The position numbers were made by a program, and so were the translations under genes. Under the pieces are notes generated by a model, which worked only from the letters and a program-made list of their open reading frames with translations, ran no database searches and was not told where the DNA came from. From Balamuthia mandrillaris (lineage: Eukaryota): 64,000 nt of DNA. The stretch lies in the NCBI GenBank assembly GCA_031835245.2, contig JAVKOQ020000093.1, positions 62,001-126,000 of the forward strand, written 5' to 3'. Below, piece after piece: positions 1 to 11,639 of this stretch; position 1 is the first letter of the stretch, and each line of letters opens with the position of its first letter.

Positions 1-43
1 ACAGTGAAGAAAACGATAAAAGAAAAAGAGAGAAAGAAGCGCT

Positions 44-419
44 TCACCAACAGTAGAAACAAGTACGATCCACGTCTCGGCGAGGCAACAGCTTGAACTG
101 GTCGTGGAAGGCAAACACCATGGCCAGCTCCATCACCGGCCTCGCCACCAGGAGGCCCACGCCGAAGCACAGCGCGCCCGCCAGGCAGACCAGGAAGTAA
201 ACGATGAAGAAGAGGAGGTTCGTGCAAAAGTTCCTGTGCACGACGCGCCTGCTGATGACGAGGGAGTCGATGACGCCAAAGGAGTTGGAGGCCACGCCGG
301 TGTTGTTCATGTGGTGGTACTCGATGTAGACGTAGGGAGCAAAGGCAAGAGTGACCAACAAGTAAAGGCCTTGTTTGTAGGTTAGTTGGCAGCTTGCTTC
401 AGGAGAAGAAAGAAACGGA

Positions 420-479
<60 letters not shown>

Positions 480-485
480 AACGAC

Positions 486-517
<32 letters not shown>

Positions 518-994
518 AACGACAAGAAAGAAACGACAAGAAAGAAACGACAAGAAAGAAACGACAAGAGAGAAACGACAACAAGAAAAAGAAGCAAAAC
601 GCACCAGGCACAATGAACAACAACAGTCCAACGCCAACGGACACGCCGAGCAACAAGGACAGCAGCAGCAGCGGGAAGAACAGGTAGAACCCCCTGAACA
701 TGTCCTTGAAGCGGTAGGTGTAGGTGTCCTCGTCAAAGCGCCCGGTGGAGGAGTAGTGGCGCAGCAGCTGAGAGCCCACGATGAAGTAGCCGTACTGCAG
801 GGGCAGCACCAGGAGGTAGGCAAAGTCCAGGGGGAAGAGGAACCAGAGCTCCTCCCCGGCCATGTCGGGAATGTTGGAGAGCAGCATCAGCCCCCAAAGC
901 AGCAGCTCAAAGAGCGTGTAGTACTGCCAATGCTCTATTCGTTTTTTTTTTTTTTGGTTTTGATGAGATTTTTTGGAATTTGATGAGTTTTTTG

Positions 995-1059
<65 letters not shown>

Positions 1060-1476
1060 GCGTGTGCGTGTGCGTGTGCGTGTGCGTGTGCGTGTGCGTG
1101 TGCGTGTGCGTGTGCGTGTGTGCGTGTGCGGTGTGTGCGTGTGCGTGTGTGCGTGTGTTTAAAGGATGTGTTGGAAAGGTTGGGGGGACAGAAAGGAACC
1201 TTTGTACATGCGCCAGCCGTTCTTGATCCAGAGCAGGATGTCGAGGTCGTAGTTGACCTCCTCGAACATGGGCGCCGAGAGGTGGTCAGCGCCGCCGCTG
1301 CCCAACGCTCCTCCTCCTCCAAGCTCCTCATCGTCGAACGGCTCGTTGGGGGGCACCTTGCCGTGAACAAAGGCGGGCTCCCTCTCCTCCTCCTCCACTT
1401 GCTGCTTGCTGCTGGGCGGGGCGGAGGGGAAGGGCGGCAAGAAGGCCGATGCGCCGTACTCTTCGGTGTCCGACAT
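44..1476 (-). CDS. Uncharacterised multi-pass membrane protein, paralogue A (3 exons: 1476-1200, 934-605, 369-44)
   Basis: GT-AG splicing joins MSDTEEY...NGWRMYK-EHWQYY...LLFIVP-GLYLLVTLAF...RTCFYCW* in frame. CTAAC branch point at 385-381. Several hydrophobic helices. Same intron positions as the copies at 13.2-16.3 kb. Confidence 0.85.
418..590. repeat. (GAAA)n / GAAACGACAA intronic microsatellite
   Basis: Visible tandem repeat inside intron 2 of paralogue A. Confidence 0.95.
993..1157. repeat. (GT)n/(GTGTGC)n intronic microsatellite
   Basis: Visible tandem repeat inside intron 1 of paralogue A. Confidence 0.95.
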
Positions 1477-1829
1477 TGGTTTTCAATAAAAAGAAAGGGG
1501 GACAGTGCTTTCGAGTGGGGTGTGGGGTGGGGTGTTGGGGGGTAGGGTGAGGTGGGGTGGCAGTAAGAGAAGATGAACCTCTCTCTTCTCTCTTCTCTCT
1601 CTCTGCTACTTTTTTCTTCCAAACAAATATAAATTTCTTTAACGAGTTTTCCGCTTCCTATCGCCGAAAGTTTTAAGGACAGAGATAATTGGCCTTTCTT
1701 GTAACAATTATCGATGAATGTTAAAAGTTTGGATAACTTTAAAAAAATATAATGGGCCGAATAATATTTTCGATTATTCGATAGTATTACAGCATCATTA
1801 CCGCCCAAGAGAAAGAAAGCAAAGAAGAG

Positions 1830-2856
1830 ATGAATGAAAAGGTTGTTTTGGTGACCGGTGGTACCTCTGGTTTGTCCTTCAGTGTGGTTGTTGTTGTTTT
1901 TTTTTGTTTCAGTTGTGGCTTTTTTGTTGGATACTGGTTCTCGCTGATCTTTTCCTCCTTTTCTTCCTGCAGGCATCGGAGAGGCTACCGTGGAGGAACT
2001 GGTTGGGGCTGGTGCTTGTGTGGCATTCACTGGAAGACGCAATGACTTGGGAGAAGCTCTTCAGAACAAGCTAGGTTGCTCTTCTTCTTCTTCTTCTTCT
2101 CCTTTCTTCTTTCTTCTTCTTCTTCTTGTTCTTCTTTCTTCTTTCTTCTTTCTTCTTTCTTCTTCCTCACATAACAAAACTGAAGGCAAGGACAAATGCC
2201 TCTACATTGAAGCGGACCACAGCAACCTAGCAGACTGCCAGCGCAGCGTCGAACAAACGGTGGCTCACTTTGGCCGCTTGGACGGGCTCTTCAACAACGC
2301 CGGCATCGTCCTGCTCGAACGAACCGCCGAGCAGACCAGCGAGGAGGAATGGGAGCAGGTCATGAACCTCAACGTCACCGCTGTTTGGCGCATGTCCAAA
2401 GCTGCGCTCCCTCATCTTCGCAGATCGGTTGCGTCTTCTTCCACTTCAGCCATCGTGAATAATGCATCAGACTGGGGATTGGTTGGAGGACGTGAGGCCG
2501 CTGCCTATTGCACCTCCAAAGGCGCCGTTGTGCAAATGACACGAGCCATGGCTTTGGATCACGCCAAGGAAGGCGTTCGCATCAATGCCGTCTGTCCTGG
2601 AGATACCTTTGTGAAGCGGTGGCTGCAGAGGGATAGGCACATGGTCGTTTCGCCGGAAGAGGAGGAAGAGGGAGGCCAGAAAGTGGAGGACGAGGAGGTG
2701 GAACGGCGTTTGCGGGTCAGCCACGAGATACCCATGGGACGGGTGGGAGATGCCAAGGAAGTGGCTCGCGTGGTGGTGTTCCTGTTGAACGGCGAGCTCT
2801 CCTCGTTCATGACCGGAGTTTGCCTGCCGGTCGATGGCGGCAACACGGCACAATAA
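1830..2856 (+). CDS. Classical short-chain dehydrogenase/reductase (FabG/glucose-dehydrogenase-like); introns 1870-1972 and 2075-2185
   Basis: TGGTSGIG NAD(P)-binding motif formed across intron 1; NNAG; catalytic YCTSK; RINAVCPG; C-terminal TGVCLPVDGG. Confidence 0.93.
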
Positions 2857-3215
2857 ATATGGTGAATAATCGCAAATAATTTCGATTTTTTGCAACAAAA
2901 TATGTAAAATGGAACGAAAATTTCGGGTTATACGAGAATATTTCCGGCATAATTGCGATAATGAGGTAATTTTGCTTAATTATTGGTGCTATATGATTAC
3001 CGCTTAAAAAAAGGATAAAACAAATAAAAAAAACGAGGAGGAGAGGAGAGAAGAACGACGAAGAATTATTTACCCAAGGGGATAGTGGAGGTAACCAACC
3101 GGTCTCTTTTTCTCTCTCTGTGTGTTCGTTCCCCAACTAACTCAAAAAAAAGAAACAAAAAAAAAAGGGTTTGGAGTACCTTTTTTTTTTTTTTGCTATT
3201 TCTATTTGGTGAACC

Positions 3216-6200
3216 ATGTCAGAGATTTCAACCTCTGCCTCCTCTTCTTCTTCGCCCACAGTTGTTCCTTCTTCTCCTTCTTCTTCAACCACCAAAACAA
3301 AGTCCTCTTCCTCCAAAGAAAATGACACTTCTTCGGAAAGCGGCCAAGCGGACTCTAGCCGAAAAGTGATAAACCTCTCCAGCAAGAAGAAGAAGAAAGA
3401 GAAGAAGGAAGGAGAGACCGCCGGTGACTTGACCTCTTCCTCGGAGAAGAAAAGCTCAAGGCGCTTCTCTCTGCGCATGAAACCGAAGAAAGACAAGCTG
3501 ACCTCCTCCCCTTCAGCCTCCTCCAAGAAACATTCCTCCTCCAAGAAGGAACGCTCCTCGGTGGCTGCCTCAGAAACCGAAGAAGAGGACGAGGACGCTG
3601 AGGCAACGGAAGACGAAACGGAAGTCAAAGAGGGCAAGAAGAAGACAAGCAAGAAAAAGAGCAAGAAGAAAGAAAAGACTCCAAAGCCAGCCCTCATTCT
3701 TGAAAAATTGAACACGTTGAACAATGGACACACCAAGTCGGAGTCGGCCGAGTCCTCTCCAACGGGGAGTCGTGTCTCTGCTTCCTCCTCTTCGGCCTCC
3801 TCCTCGGCTAAGTCCAGCCCTCGTCTCTCTGCTTCGTCCTCCTCCTCCTCGTTTGGATCCATCAAGGAAGAGGAAGAGGCCGGCAGCCCAACTTCCAGCG
3901 CAAGGAACACCTCCTCTCCTCGTCTCCTCAAGCGGACGTTGAGCAAGACCAAGAACAGGCTTTCTCTCTCCATCACCGACTTGAAGCGAATGATGAAAGC
4001 GGAGCAAGAACAACTGCAACAACAACAGCAAATGCTGAACGGGGAGGGAGGTGGGGTAGGAGGAGAGAAAGAGAGCGAGGACAGAGGAGGACGAGGAGAG
4101 GGCGCCCTCTCCGAGCAAGAGCAAAGCGAGGCGGAGACCACAGAGGAGAGCGAAGGAGAGAGGAACAGCGGGAAGTTTTCGTTGAAGAGTCTCTCCTCTT
4201 CAGTGAGAAAGAAGAGAGATAAGCGGAGCTCATCCAGTATTTTACGATCCTCTACCACTTCTCTGCCCTCTACACCGCTAACGTCAGCCAGAAAGAAAAA
4301 GAAGAAGAAGAAGGAAGGAGGAGAAGGGGAAGAAAGCGAGCGAGAAGAGAGCAAGAAGGAAAAGAAAAAGAAGAAGAAGAGGAGCGGAGGAAGTACCATT
4401 TCTCGTTCTGCCAATGCAGCGGAAGAAGAAGAGATGACAGAAGAAGACATGACGGAAGATGGTGAGTCCTCCGCTTTTGAGGAAGACGAGGAGGATACAG
4501 AAACTGAAAGAGAGGAAGAGGAAACCGAGAAGGAGAGGAAGAAGAAGCACCGCCGAAGTATCAGCCTTATTCCCCGGAAGAAAGATAAGAAGGCAAAAGG
4601 ATCTTCCACTCGCATTCGCAATCCGTCTATTCCTACTGAAGAATCCACCGCAAAACAACCACCCGCCACAATGTCTCCTAACAAGTTACGACGACGTTCG
4701 GTCGATGTCTCTCTCTTCATTCAGCAACAACAGCAGCAGCAGCAACAGCAACAATTAGAAAAAGAAGCTTTGTCTCCAGAACCACAGCGAACCATTCATC
4801 GCAGCAGTCCAGCTCGGGACGTCATTTCTTCTGCTTCTTCTTCTCCTCGTACTCCTCTCAAGGGAAGTGGTAGTGGAAGTGGTATTCTTACCTCCTCTTC
4901 TTCTGCCATTTCTCCTGTGCATTCTGCCGGCGCTTCTCCTTCTCCTTCTCCGTCTGGCTCTGCTATTATAGCTCCAACGCCTTCTTCATCACCAGCGGAT
5001 GCTCCTCATCTCAATCTCAACGTTCTCTCCTCTCATCCCACAGCTGCTTTTCGTTATCAGCCCTCCTCTCAAGCATCAGCCTCTTCCTCCGCGGCTGCTT
5101 CTTCGGACAGCGAGGACGGCGGCATCACTCCTCCTCCCACTCCACCTCCTCTAAAATCTCCAAGAACTACTCCTCTAAGTTTACGTCTTCAAAAGACATT
5201 GGAACAATCTCCCACCTCTTCCAAAGAAGGAGGACTGATGAAAAAAGGCACCTCCTTCACCAAGCTGTTCTCCATCAAACGTAACCGAAGTGTTTCCAAA
5301 GGGAGCTCGATGCACAAGATAGATGCTCAAACGTTAGCTCAACTCTTTGAGGAGGAGGCGCAACGCGAGGAAGAATTAGCTCGATTGAGAGAACACGAGG
5401 AACAAGTCAGAAGAGAAAGAGAACGGGAGAGAGAACGAGAGAAAGAAAAGGAGAGAGAGCTGAAAGAAATGTTGGAGAACACAAAGAAAGAGCTGGGAGA
5501 GAAGGAAAAGACAGTCTTGGACCTCATTCAAACGTTGAAACAGGAAGAGGAGCACGTGAAAAAGGAGAAGCAAGAGATTAGCTCTTTGCTCAAAGACGAG
5601 CTAAGCGGACGCGGAGAGAAGCTCAATCAAGCGACAGTGTTGTTAAAAGAACAGGAGAAACGAGTTCATCAGTTACAAGAAGAGCTTCTGCAAAGCAAGG
5701 AGAGACAGATCGCAGAGCTCAAAACGGAGATGAAGGAAGCGGCTCAGGAGCTTCGCGAAGCTCGAGAGGAATTGGTGGAGAAGCAAGAAAAAATACTGCA
5801 GTTGCTCAAGAGCGAGGCGGCATGGGAAAGTCAAGCGAAGCTTCAGGAAAGTCGCATCGAAGCTTTGCAAGAGAAAGTAACGATGAAAGAGGCGGAGGCA
5901 ACAAGCTTGAGAGGTCGTTTGGATACTGTAACGGCGGAACACAGTCAAAAGGAGGAGAAATGGAAGGAAGAGAGCAAGAAAATGATGGAGCAGGAAAGAG
6001 TGAAGCGAGAGCGTTTGAAGAGCACGAAAGAGGAGGAGAGAACAAAGGAAGTGGCCGAGGTTAAAGCTCGTTTGGAGAAGGAGAAGGAAGAGCTGAAAGC
6101 TGAAATGAAAAGAGTGGAGGAGGAAAGGGAACGATCTTTTGCCTCGCAGCGAAAAGAACTGGCAGAGCAGAAAGAGAAGGAAATGAAAGCGTTGAGGGAT

Positions 6201-9200
6201 GAGCTTTCCATCGAGCGAGAAAGAGCCGTTCGAGAAGCTACGGACAAATTAGAAAGAGAGTTGACCCAACAGCATCAACAGGAGATGGAGAAAGTCAGAC
6301 AGATGTATAGTCAAAGCGGAAACGAACTGATGGAGGCCAAAGAGAAAGAAACTCGTGAGCTCATTCAAGAGCTCAACAGCAAGAAAGAAGAGTTAAGAGA
6401 GGCAGAGAGAAAGATGGAGAGCTTGTTGTTGGAAACAGCTGCCGAGAAGGAAAAGATGAAGACAGACCTTCAACAACAGAAAGAAAAAGAGCTTGCCGAC
6501 TTACGTGCAACATTGTTGCAAGAAAAAGAGGAGGAGAGGACACGACTTGAGGACGAGCAACAAAAACGATTAGAGGAGCTGACGCAAAGTTTCGAGACTC
6601 GTAGAGAGGAGCTGGTGCGACAACACGAAGCAGAAATCGAGTCTATTCGTGCAAAGAATGAAGAGGCAGCCGAAGAAGAAAGAAAGCAGATGGAAAGAGC
6701 GAGTGCTGAAAAGGAGGCAGAGACACTCGAACAACAAAGAAAGACGAACGAGGACGAAAAGAGGGCTCTTCAAGAACGTCTCGAAAACGAACACAAACAA
6801 AAGCTGGAGGAAGCTTTGCTTCGTGCTGAAACTCTCTCGAAACAACAACTGGAACAAGTTCGAAGCGAGTTTGTTGCAAAAGAGAAGCAACTTCAAGAAC
6901 AGTTTGAAAGAGAGTCAGAGGCGATCAGAAAGGAGGAAAGAGAGAGAAGCAAGAAAGAGGTAGAGCAGCTGAAACGAAGTTTAGAGGAGGCGAAAATGAC
7001 CGAACTGAAAAGCCTCTCGGAGAACTTATCCGCCAAAGAGAAAGAGAAGGAGGATCGACATTCCGTTCTTTTGGAGGAGAAGAATCAACTCCTCTCCACC
7101 AAAAACAAAGAAGCGGAGACGTTACGTTTGGAGTTGGAGAAGAAACGCAACAAAGTGAAAGAGTTGAAGGCGCAAAGCGAAACTAAGTTAGATGATGCCA
7201 GAAAAGAGCTCAAACAAAAGATGACTGCCAAAAAGTTAAAGTTGAAAGCAGTCAAAGAAGAGCTTAAAACAGAGAGAAGCAAGAAAGAAACCTTGGAAAA
7301 GGAGAAGAGCGAGTTGATCAGTTCGACCGATAAACAGATCATAGAGCTCAGAATGGAGCTGAAGAGCAGCTCAGAAAGAGTTTCAATGTTGATGGAGGAG
7401 AAACGATCCGTTGATTCGTTGTTGCAACAGAGCAAAGAGAGAGCTCTCTCTCAAGAACAAGAATGGACGAACACTTTGAAAGAGAAAGAAGAACAAGTTC
7501 AACGATGGAAGAAAGAAAGAGAAGAGTTGGAGGCGAAATTGGAACAAAAGGTGAAAGAGGCGGAGCAAACGATTCTTCTCATAAGAAAAGAGGAAGAGGA
7601 AAGAAGAGAAAGAGAAGTGGCAGAGAGCAAAGAAGAAGCAGAGCGTCGTCTTCGTGAAGACCAAGAGAACCTTCAGTTGAACGAGAAGGAGAAAGAGAAG
7701 AGCATTATTGACAGTTATGAGAAGCAGTTGGGTGAGTTGAGAAGAGAAGCTTCTGAACAAGCAGAAGAAGCGAAACGAATCTACGAAGAAGAGAAACGAC
7801 AATTGGAAGAAGCGAAAGAAGAGAAAGAAGAAGAACTCAAACAAGAAAGAACTCGTTTGGAAGAACTTCTTCGAGATAAAGAAGAAGAAATGAAGAGAGA
7901 AAGAGAACAGTTGGAAACTGCTGTGGCAGAACTTCAACGCGAAAAAGAGGAAACAGAACAAAGAATGAAAACTGCAATTGAGACCAAAGAAAAGGAATTG
8001 GCTGCGCTATCGGAGAACATTCGACATATGGAAGAGAGACACCAACAAGAAAAAACAAAATCGACGGAAGAAGAGGTGGAAGAAAGAAAACAGATCTTGG
8101 AAAGATCTCAAAAAGAGAGAGAAGCGCTTCAAAAGGAACTCGAACAGGAGAGAGAAAGAGCAGAGACGGCACAAAAGGAGATGCAACGAACGTTTGATGA
8201 AGAGTGGAGCAAACGAGAGGTAGCAACTAATGAGTTGGAACGAACAATCGAAGAGCTTAAGAGCTCTCTTCGAAAGAAAGAAGAGGAAGTTGGCAAATGG
8301 AAAGAAGAGATGGACAAGCAGCAGCAACTCGTGCAAAAGGCAAAAGAGGAGACTTCCGAGCAAACAACCGCAGCAAAGAAGAAAGCAAAAGAGAAGTTGC
8401 GAACAAAGGAGGAAACGTGGAGAAATCAAATGGAAGCAGAAGTGAAGAGAATTACTCAAGATTGGGAGGCACGTTGTCGCAAAGAGGAAGAACGAGCTCA
8501 ACAAGCTTTCATAGAGCTAAAGGAGAAAGAGAAAGAAGTAATCTCTCTTCTGAAGGAGAGAATGGACGAAAAACAAAAGTTTGATGCGGAGCGGAGAGAA
8601 GAACTTGCTGCCAAAGATAAAGCTCTAGAGGAAAGAAAGAACGAAGCTCGTTCTCTCTCTGACACAGTGGAGCAGCTTCAAACGGAGTTGCAACAGAAGA
8701 GGGGCGAGGTGGAGTCTCTGCGAGAACAACAAGAAGCACTCCGAGAGGAGTTACAAAAGAAAGAAGCGGCGTTGAGCAACGATAAAGAAGAATTGTTGAG
8801 TCGACATTCGGAAGAACTCACGAAAGAGAGGGAACAAGTTGCAGAGCTGGAGACGCAATTGGAGCAGCTGAAGATGGGAATGGAGGAAAAGGAGCAAGAA
8901 TGGAAACTACGACTGGAGGAAGAGGCTCAAGTTCTTCGTCAAGAAACGGAACAGAAGCAGAAAGAGAAGGAGGAACTCTTTCAAAGGTTGAGAAACAAAG
9001 AGGAGCTCGTTGCAGAGCTTGAAAACGAATTGCAACAGCTGAAAGCGAAAAAGAGCACAGAGGAAGTTTTGGCAGAGAAGGAAGAAGAGATGGAAAGGAT
9101 TCAGCAACAGCTCAAAGAGGAGAAGACGCGATTGCAAAGCACATTGCTGCAACTCACTAGAGCTCAAGACTTGAAACAAAAAGCCGAAGAAGAGTTAGAA

Positions 9201-9596
9201 GCATTCAAGAATGACGGAGAGCAAAAACTCGCCAAGCTTCAAGAGACATTGCAACACAAGAAGAAGAAGAAGGAAATGGCGGTGGAGCGAGTCAACCAGA
9301 AGTTAGCAGAGACGACGAAACTGCTGGAGAAGGAGCTCTCCAAGAAGCAGCAGCGCAAAGCCAAGATGGAGATGGAGAGAACCCTGTTCCGGCAGACGAA
9401 AGAGGAGTTGCAGAGGGTGGACGAGCTGTTGTTGCGGAGCGAAGAAGAGAAGAGTCGACTGGAGGAGGAGCTGCGGTCGGTCTCGCAGCGGGCGTCCTAC
9501 ATGGAGACGCAGCGGAACGCGGAGGAGGATCGTCGCATTTCCAGCCTGGCAGTGGCGCATCTTCTGTTGGTGGACAGCATCATTCCGAGCAAGTAA
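3216..9596 (+). CDS. 2126-aa protein with Ser/Lys-rich disordered N-terminus and a roughly 1400-aa E/K/Q-rich coiled coil
   Basis: Single uninterrupted ORF starting at ATG; coiled-coil-like composition from about residue 700; no globular domain recognised. Confidence 0.85.
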   Translation: MSEISTSASSSSSPTVVPSSPSSSTTKTKSSSSKENDTSSESGQADSSRKVINLSSKKKKKEKKEGETAGDLTSSSEKKSSRRFSLRMKPKKDKLTSSPSASSKKHSSSKKERSSVAASETEEEDEDAEATEDETEVKEGKKKTSKKKSKKKEKTPKPALILEKLNTLNNGHTKSESAESSPTGSRVSASSSSASSSAKSSPRLSASSSSSSFGSIKEEEEAGSPTSSARNTSSPRLLKRTLSKTKNRLSLSITDLKRMMKAEQEQLQQQQQMLNGEGGGVGGEKESEDRGGRGEGALSEQEQSEAETTEESEGERNSGKFSLKSLSSSVRKKRDKRSSSSILRSSTTSLPSTPLTSARKKKKKKKEGGEGEESEREESKKEKKKKKKRSGGSTISRSANAAEEEEMTEEDMTEDGESSAFEEDEEDTETEREEEETEKERKKKHRRSISLIPRKKDKKAKGSSTRIRNPSIPTEESTAKQPPATMSPNKLRRRSVDVSLFIQQQQQQQQQQQLEKEALSPEPQRTIHRSSPARDVISSASSSPRTPLKGSGSGSGILTSSSSAISPVHSAGASPSPSPSGSAIIAPTPSSSPADAPHLNLNVLSSHPTAAFRYQPSSQASASSSAAASSDSEDGGITPPPTPPPLKSPRTTPLSLRLQKTLEQSPTSSKEGGLMKKGTSFTKLFSIKRNRSVSKGSSMHKIDAQTLAQLFEEEAQREEELARLREHEEQVRREREREREREKEKERELKEMLENTKKELGEKEKTVLDLIQTLKQEEEHVKKEKQEISSLLKDELSGRGEKLNQATVLLKEQEKRVHQLQEELLQSKERQIAELKTEMKEAAQELREAREELVEKQEKILQLLKSEAAWESQAKLQESRIEALQEKVTMKEAEATSLRGRLDTVTAEHSQKEEKWKEESKKMMEQERVKRERLKSTKEEERTKEVAEVKARLEKEKEELKAEMKRVEEERERSFASQRKELAEQKEKEMKALRDELSIERERAVREATDKLERELTQQHQQEMEKVRQMYSQSGNELMEAKEKETRELIQELNSKKEELREAERKMESLLLETAAEKEKMKTDLQQQKEKELADLRATLLQEKEEERTRLEDEQQKRLEELTQSFETRREELVRQHEAEIESIRAKNEEAAEEERKQMERASAEKEAETLEQQRKTNEDEKRALQERLENEHKQKLEEALLRAETLSKQQLEQVRSEFVAKEKQLQEQFERESEAIRKEERERSKKEVEQLKRSLEEAKMTELKSLSENLSAKEKEKEDRHSVLLEEKNQLLSTKNKEAETLRLELEKKRNKVKELKAQSETKLDDARKELKQKMTAKKLKLKAVKEELKTERSKKETLEKEKSELISSTDKQIIELRMELKSSSERVSMLMEEKRSVDSLLQQSKERALSQEQEWTNTLKEKEEQVQRWKKEREELEAKLEQKVKEAEQTILLIRKEEEERREREVAESKEEAERRLREDQENLQLNEKEKEKSIIDSYEKQLGELRREASEQAEEAKRIYEEEKRQLEEAKEEKEEELKQERTRLEELLRDKEEEMKREREQLETAVAELQREKEETEQRMKTAIETKEKELAALSENIRHMEERHQQEKTKSTEEEVEERKQILERSQKEREALQKELEQERERAETAQKEMQRTFDEEWSKREVATNELERTIEELKSSLRKKEEEVGKWKEEMDKQQQLVQKAKEETSEQTTAAKKKAKEKLRTKEETWRNQMEAEVKRITQDWEARCRKEEERAQQAFIELKEKEKEVISLLKERMDEKQKFDAERREELAAKDKALEERKNEARSLSDTVEQLQTELQQKRGEVESLREQQEALREELQKKEAALSNDKEELLSRHSEELTKEREQVAELETQLEQLKMGMEEKEQEWKLRLEEEAQVLRQETEQKQKEKEELFQRLRNKEELVAELENELQQLKAKKSTEEVLAEKEEEMERIQQQLKEEKTRLQSTLLQLTRAQDLKQKAEEELEAFKNDGEQKLAKLQETLQHKKKKKEMAVERVNQKLAETTKLLEKELSKKQQRKAKMEMERTLFRQTKEELQRVDELLLRSEEEKSRLEEELRSVSQRASYMETQRNAEEDRRISSLAVAHLLLVDSIIPSK

Positions 9597-9714
9597 GAGA
9601 AAGAGAAGGAAAGAAAGAAAGGAAGAAACGACAGAGAGACGCTTTAACAGTTTTTTTTCTAAAAACATATTTATTATTTTGTGATTTAATAATTTAGAAA
9701 GGGTTTATAAATAT

Positions 9715-11566
9715 CTAAACATTTCGTTTTATCGATAGTAGAGTATTATTTACAATTTTCGTCTTTTGTGCATTTTCTTCGGCGAGAGAGGGAGGGGACG
9801 GCAAGTCAAGAAGGGAGTCGGGAAGAGCGCAGTCGTGCGTCTCGTAAGGAAGTAACGTGAGGACGGCTGCTGCTGCGGTGAAGCTGCCGAGGGAACAGAG
9901 CAGAAGGGACATTCGTCGAGAGGCAGCAAAGAGGACTTGTCCTACGAATGGGCTTAGGATGCCGCCAATTCGTGCGAATGCTGTTGTAAACCCCAACCCT
10001 TTTGCAGAAGAAGAATAAGAAGAACGAAGAACAAGAACGAGAAGAACAAGAAGAATGAGAATAAGAGAAGAATTGAATGTCAAAAAGACTTTTTTCAAAA
10101 ACAGATAGAGAAGAGGTACCGGTAGTTCGAACAGTGGTAGGATAAACTTCAGCAGTATAAACCCAAAGCGACTGATTAAACGCCAACGAAGAAGCTCTAG
10201 CCACAAACACGATCATTGTATCCACCAATAATTCAATATCTGAAGAGGAAGACGAAGCAACAGGCCGAAAGGAAAGAATCAAAGTGCAAAGTCCAACAAC
10301 GGAGAAGAAGAAAGAGATTGAGGCTTTGCGACCCATCCGATCCAACAAGAAGAAAGCAGCCAACAACCCAGGAAACTCTGCTGCATTCGTGAATAATACT
10401 CGCAGAAATTCTACGTCCGTCAAATAAGCACAAACATTCTTCATCTCATTTTCTTCTTGGTGTTGAGAATTGTTGTTGTTACCATCATCGTTAACAACGC
10501 TGTTGACTGATAGCAGGACGAGAGCGTAATAGACAACAGCCATCAAGAAGAACACGAGGCAGAGAACGGCGGTTGTTCGTGTCAGCGTCGTAGAAGAGAA
10601 CAACTGGCGCAGTTCGTGAAACGTATTGTTGAAACTATTAGCAGATGACGCTCTAGAAGTTATCTTTGCATCTTCCCCCTCCTTTTCTTCTGTATTCCGG
10701 TGATCGTTTGACAGTAGATAGAGTGGCTCTGATGAGGCAGAAGCAGAAGAACCAGAAGAAAACGAAACTCCATTGACCCTAGCAACCGAACGAAGCACCT
10801 CCTCCGCCTCCTTTCGCCGTCCCCTCTGCACCAACCACCGCGGGCTCTCCGGCAATGCCACCCAACCCGCCACCAACAACACCATCGCCGGTACCGCCGA
10901 AGCAAACAACAACCCTCTCCACACGTCCTTTGCTCCCCCTTCTGCCTCCTCCAGCGTCGTCATCATTCCACTCGTCTCAAAGCGGGAGGAAAGCATTAAC
11001 CAAGCCAACCCCACTTCGAGCACCGCCCCAGCGGAAAAGAAGGTCAAAAAGAGCAGCAGCTGGGAGCCCCGTGCCTTGGCCGTCGGCAAAAACTCCAGGT
11101 AAAGCACCATGCCTGACGGGCTGCTCCCCAAGCCCACTCCAACCCCAAAGCGACAGAGCAAGAGCCCGCCGTACGTCGGCGAGAAGGCGCTCAAGAGGCC
11201 AAACACCCCGCAGCACAGCGCGCTCAGGCGGCAGCCCCAACGCCTGCCCCAACGGTCCGAAACGAACCCGCCGAGCCACGCTCCGAGCAGCATGCCCGCA
11301 AAGACGCTGCTGGATACCAGGGTCAAGGTCAAGGAGGAAGGAGGTGCAGTAGAAGAAGAGGAGGTGGAAGAAGAAGCAGCAGAGGAGGAAGGGAGGAGAG
11401 ACAAAGTGAAAAATGAGGAAGGGGAGGAGGTGCAGGGAAGGAAATGGGCGAGGAAGGGGAGGAGCATGAGCTCCATGGCGTCGGCGAGTTGGGTGCAGCC
11501 GGTGAGCCAGAAGAGGCCGCGTTGATGCCGGCCGTGCCCTTGCACTGCTTGCAGGGCTTCCTCCAT
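9715..11566 (-). CDS. MFS transporter, SV2/SVOP-like (intron 10119-9999)
   Basis: ADAMELMLL, GFVSDRWGRR (MFS motif A), LPESPRWL, LDRMGRK, YTAEVYPTTVRTT-GLG across the splice, C-terminal LPYET. Confidence 0.92.
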
Positions 11567-11639
11567 TGTTTCACTACCCTTTTTTTTGTGTTTGTTACAT
11601 AGATACGAGCATGGACAGGAGACAGGTCACAAGGGTCTG

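Noticed and set aside
480..590. Regularly spaced GAAACGACAA units resembling a CRISPR array
   Set aside because: Units are ~10 bp variants within a GAAA microsatellite, with no unique spacers, no cas genes and a eukaryotic intron context.
399..2042. 547-aa minus-strand ORF and other VCVCVC/HAHAHA/ERKK ORFs
   Set aside because: Read-through of intronic microsatellites; the real gene is the spliced 44-1476 model.
3137..4720. 527-aa antisense ORF
   Set aside because: Shadow of the low-complexity coding strand of the coiled-coil gene.
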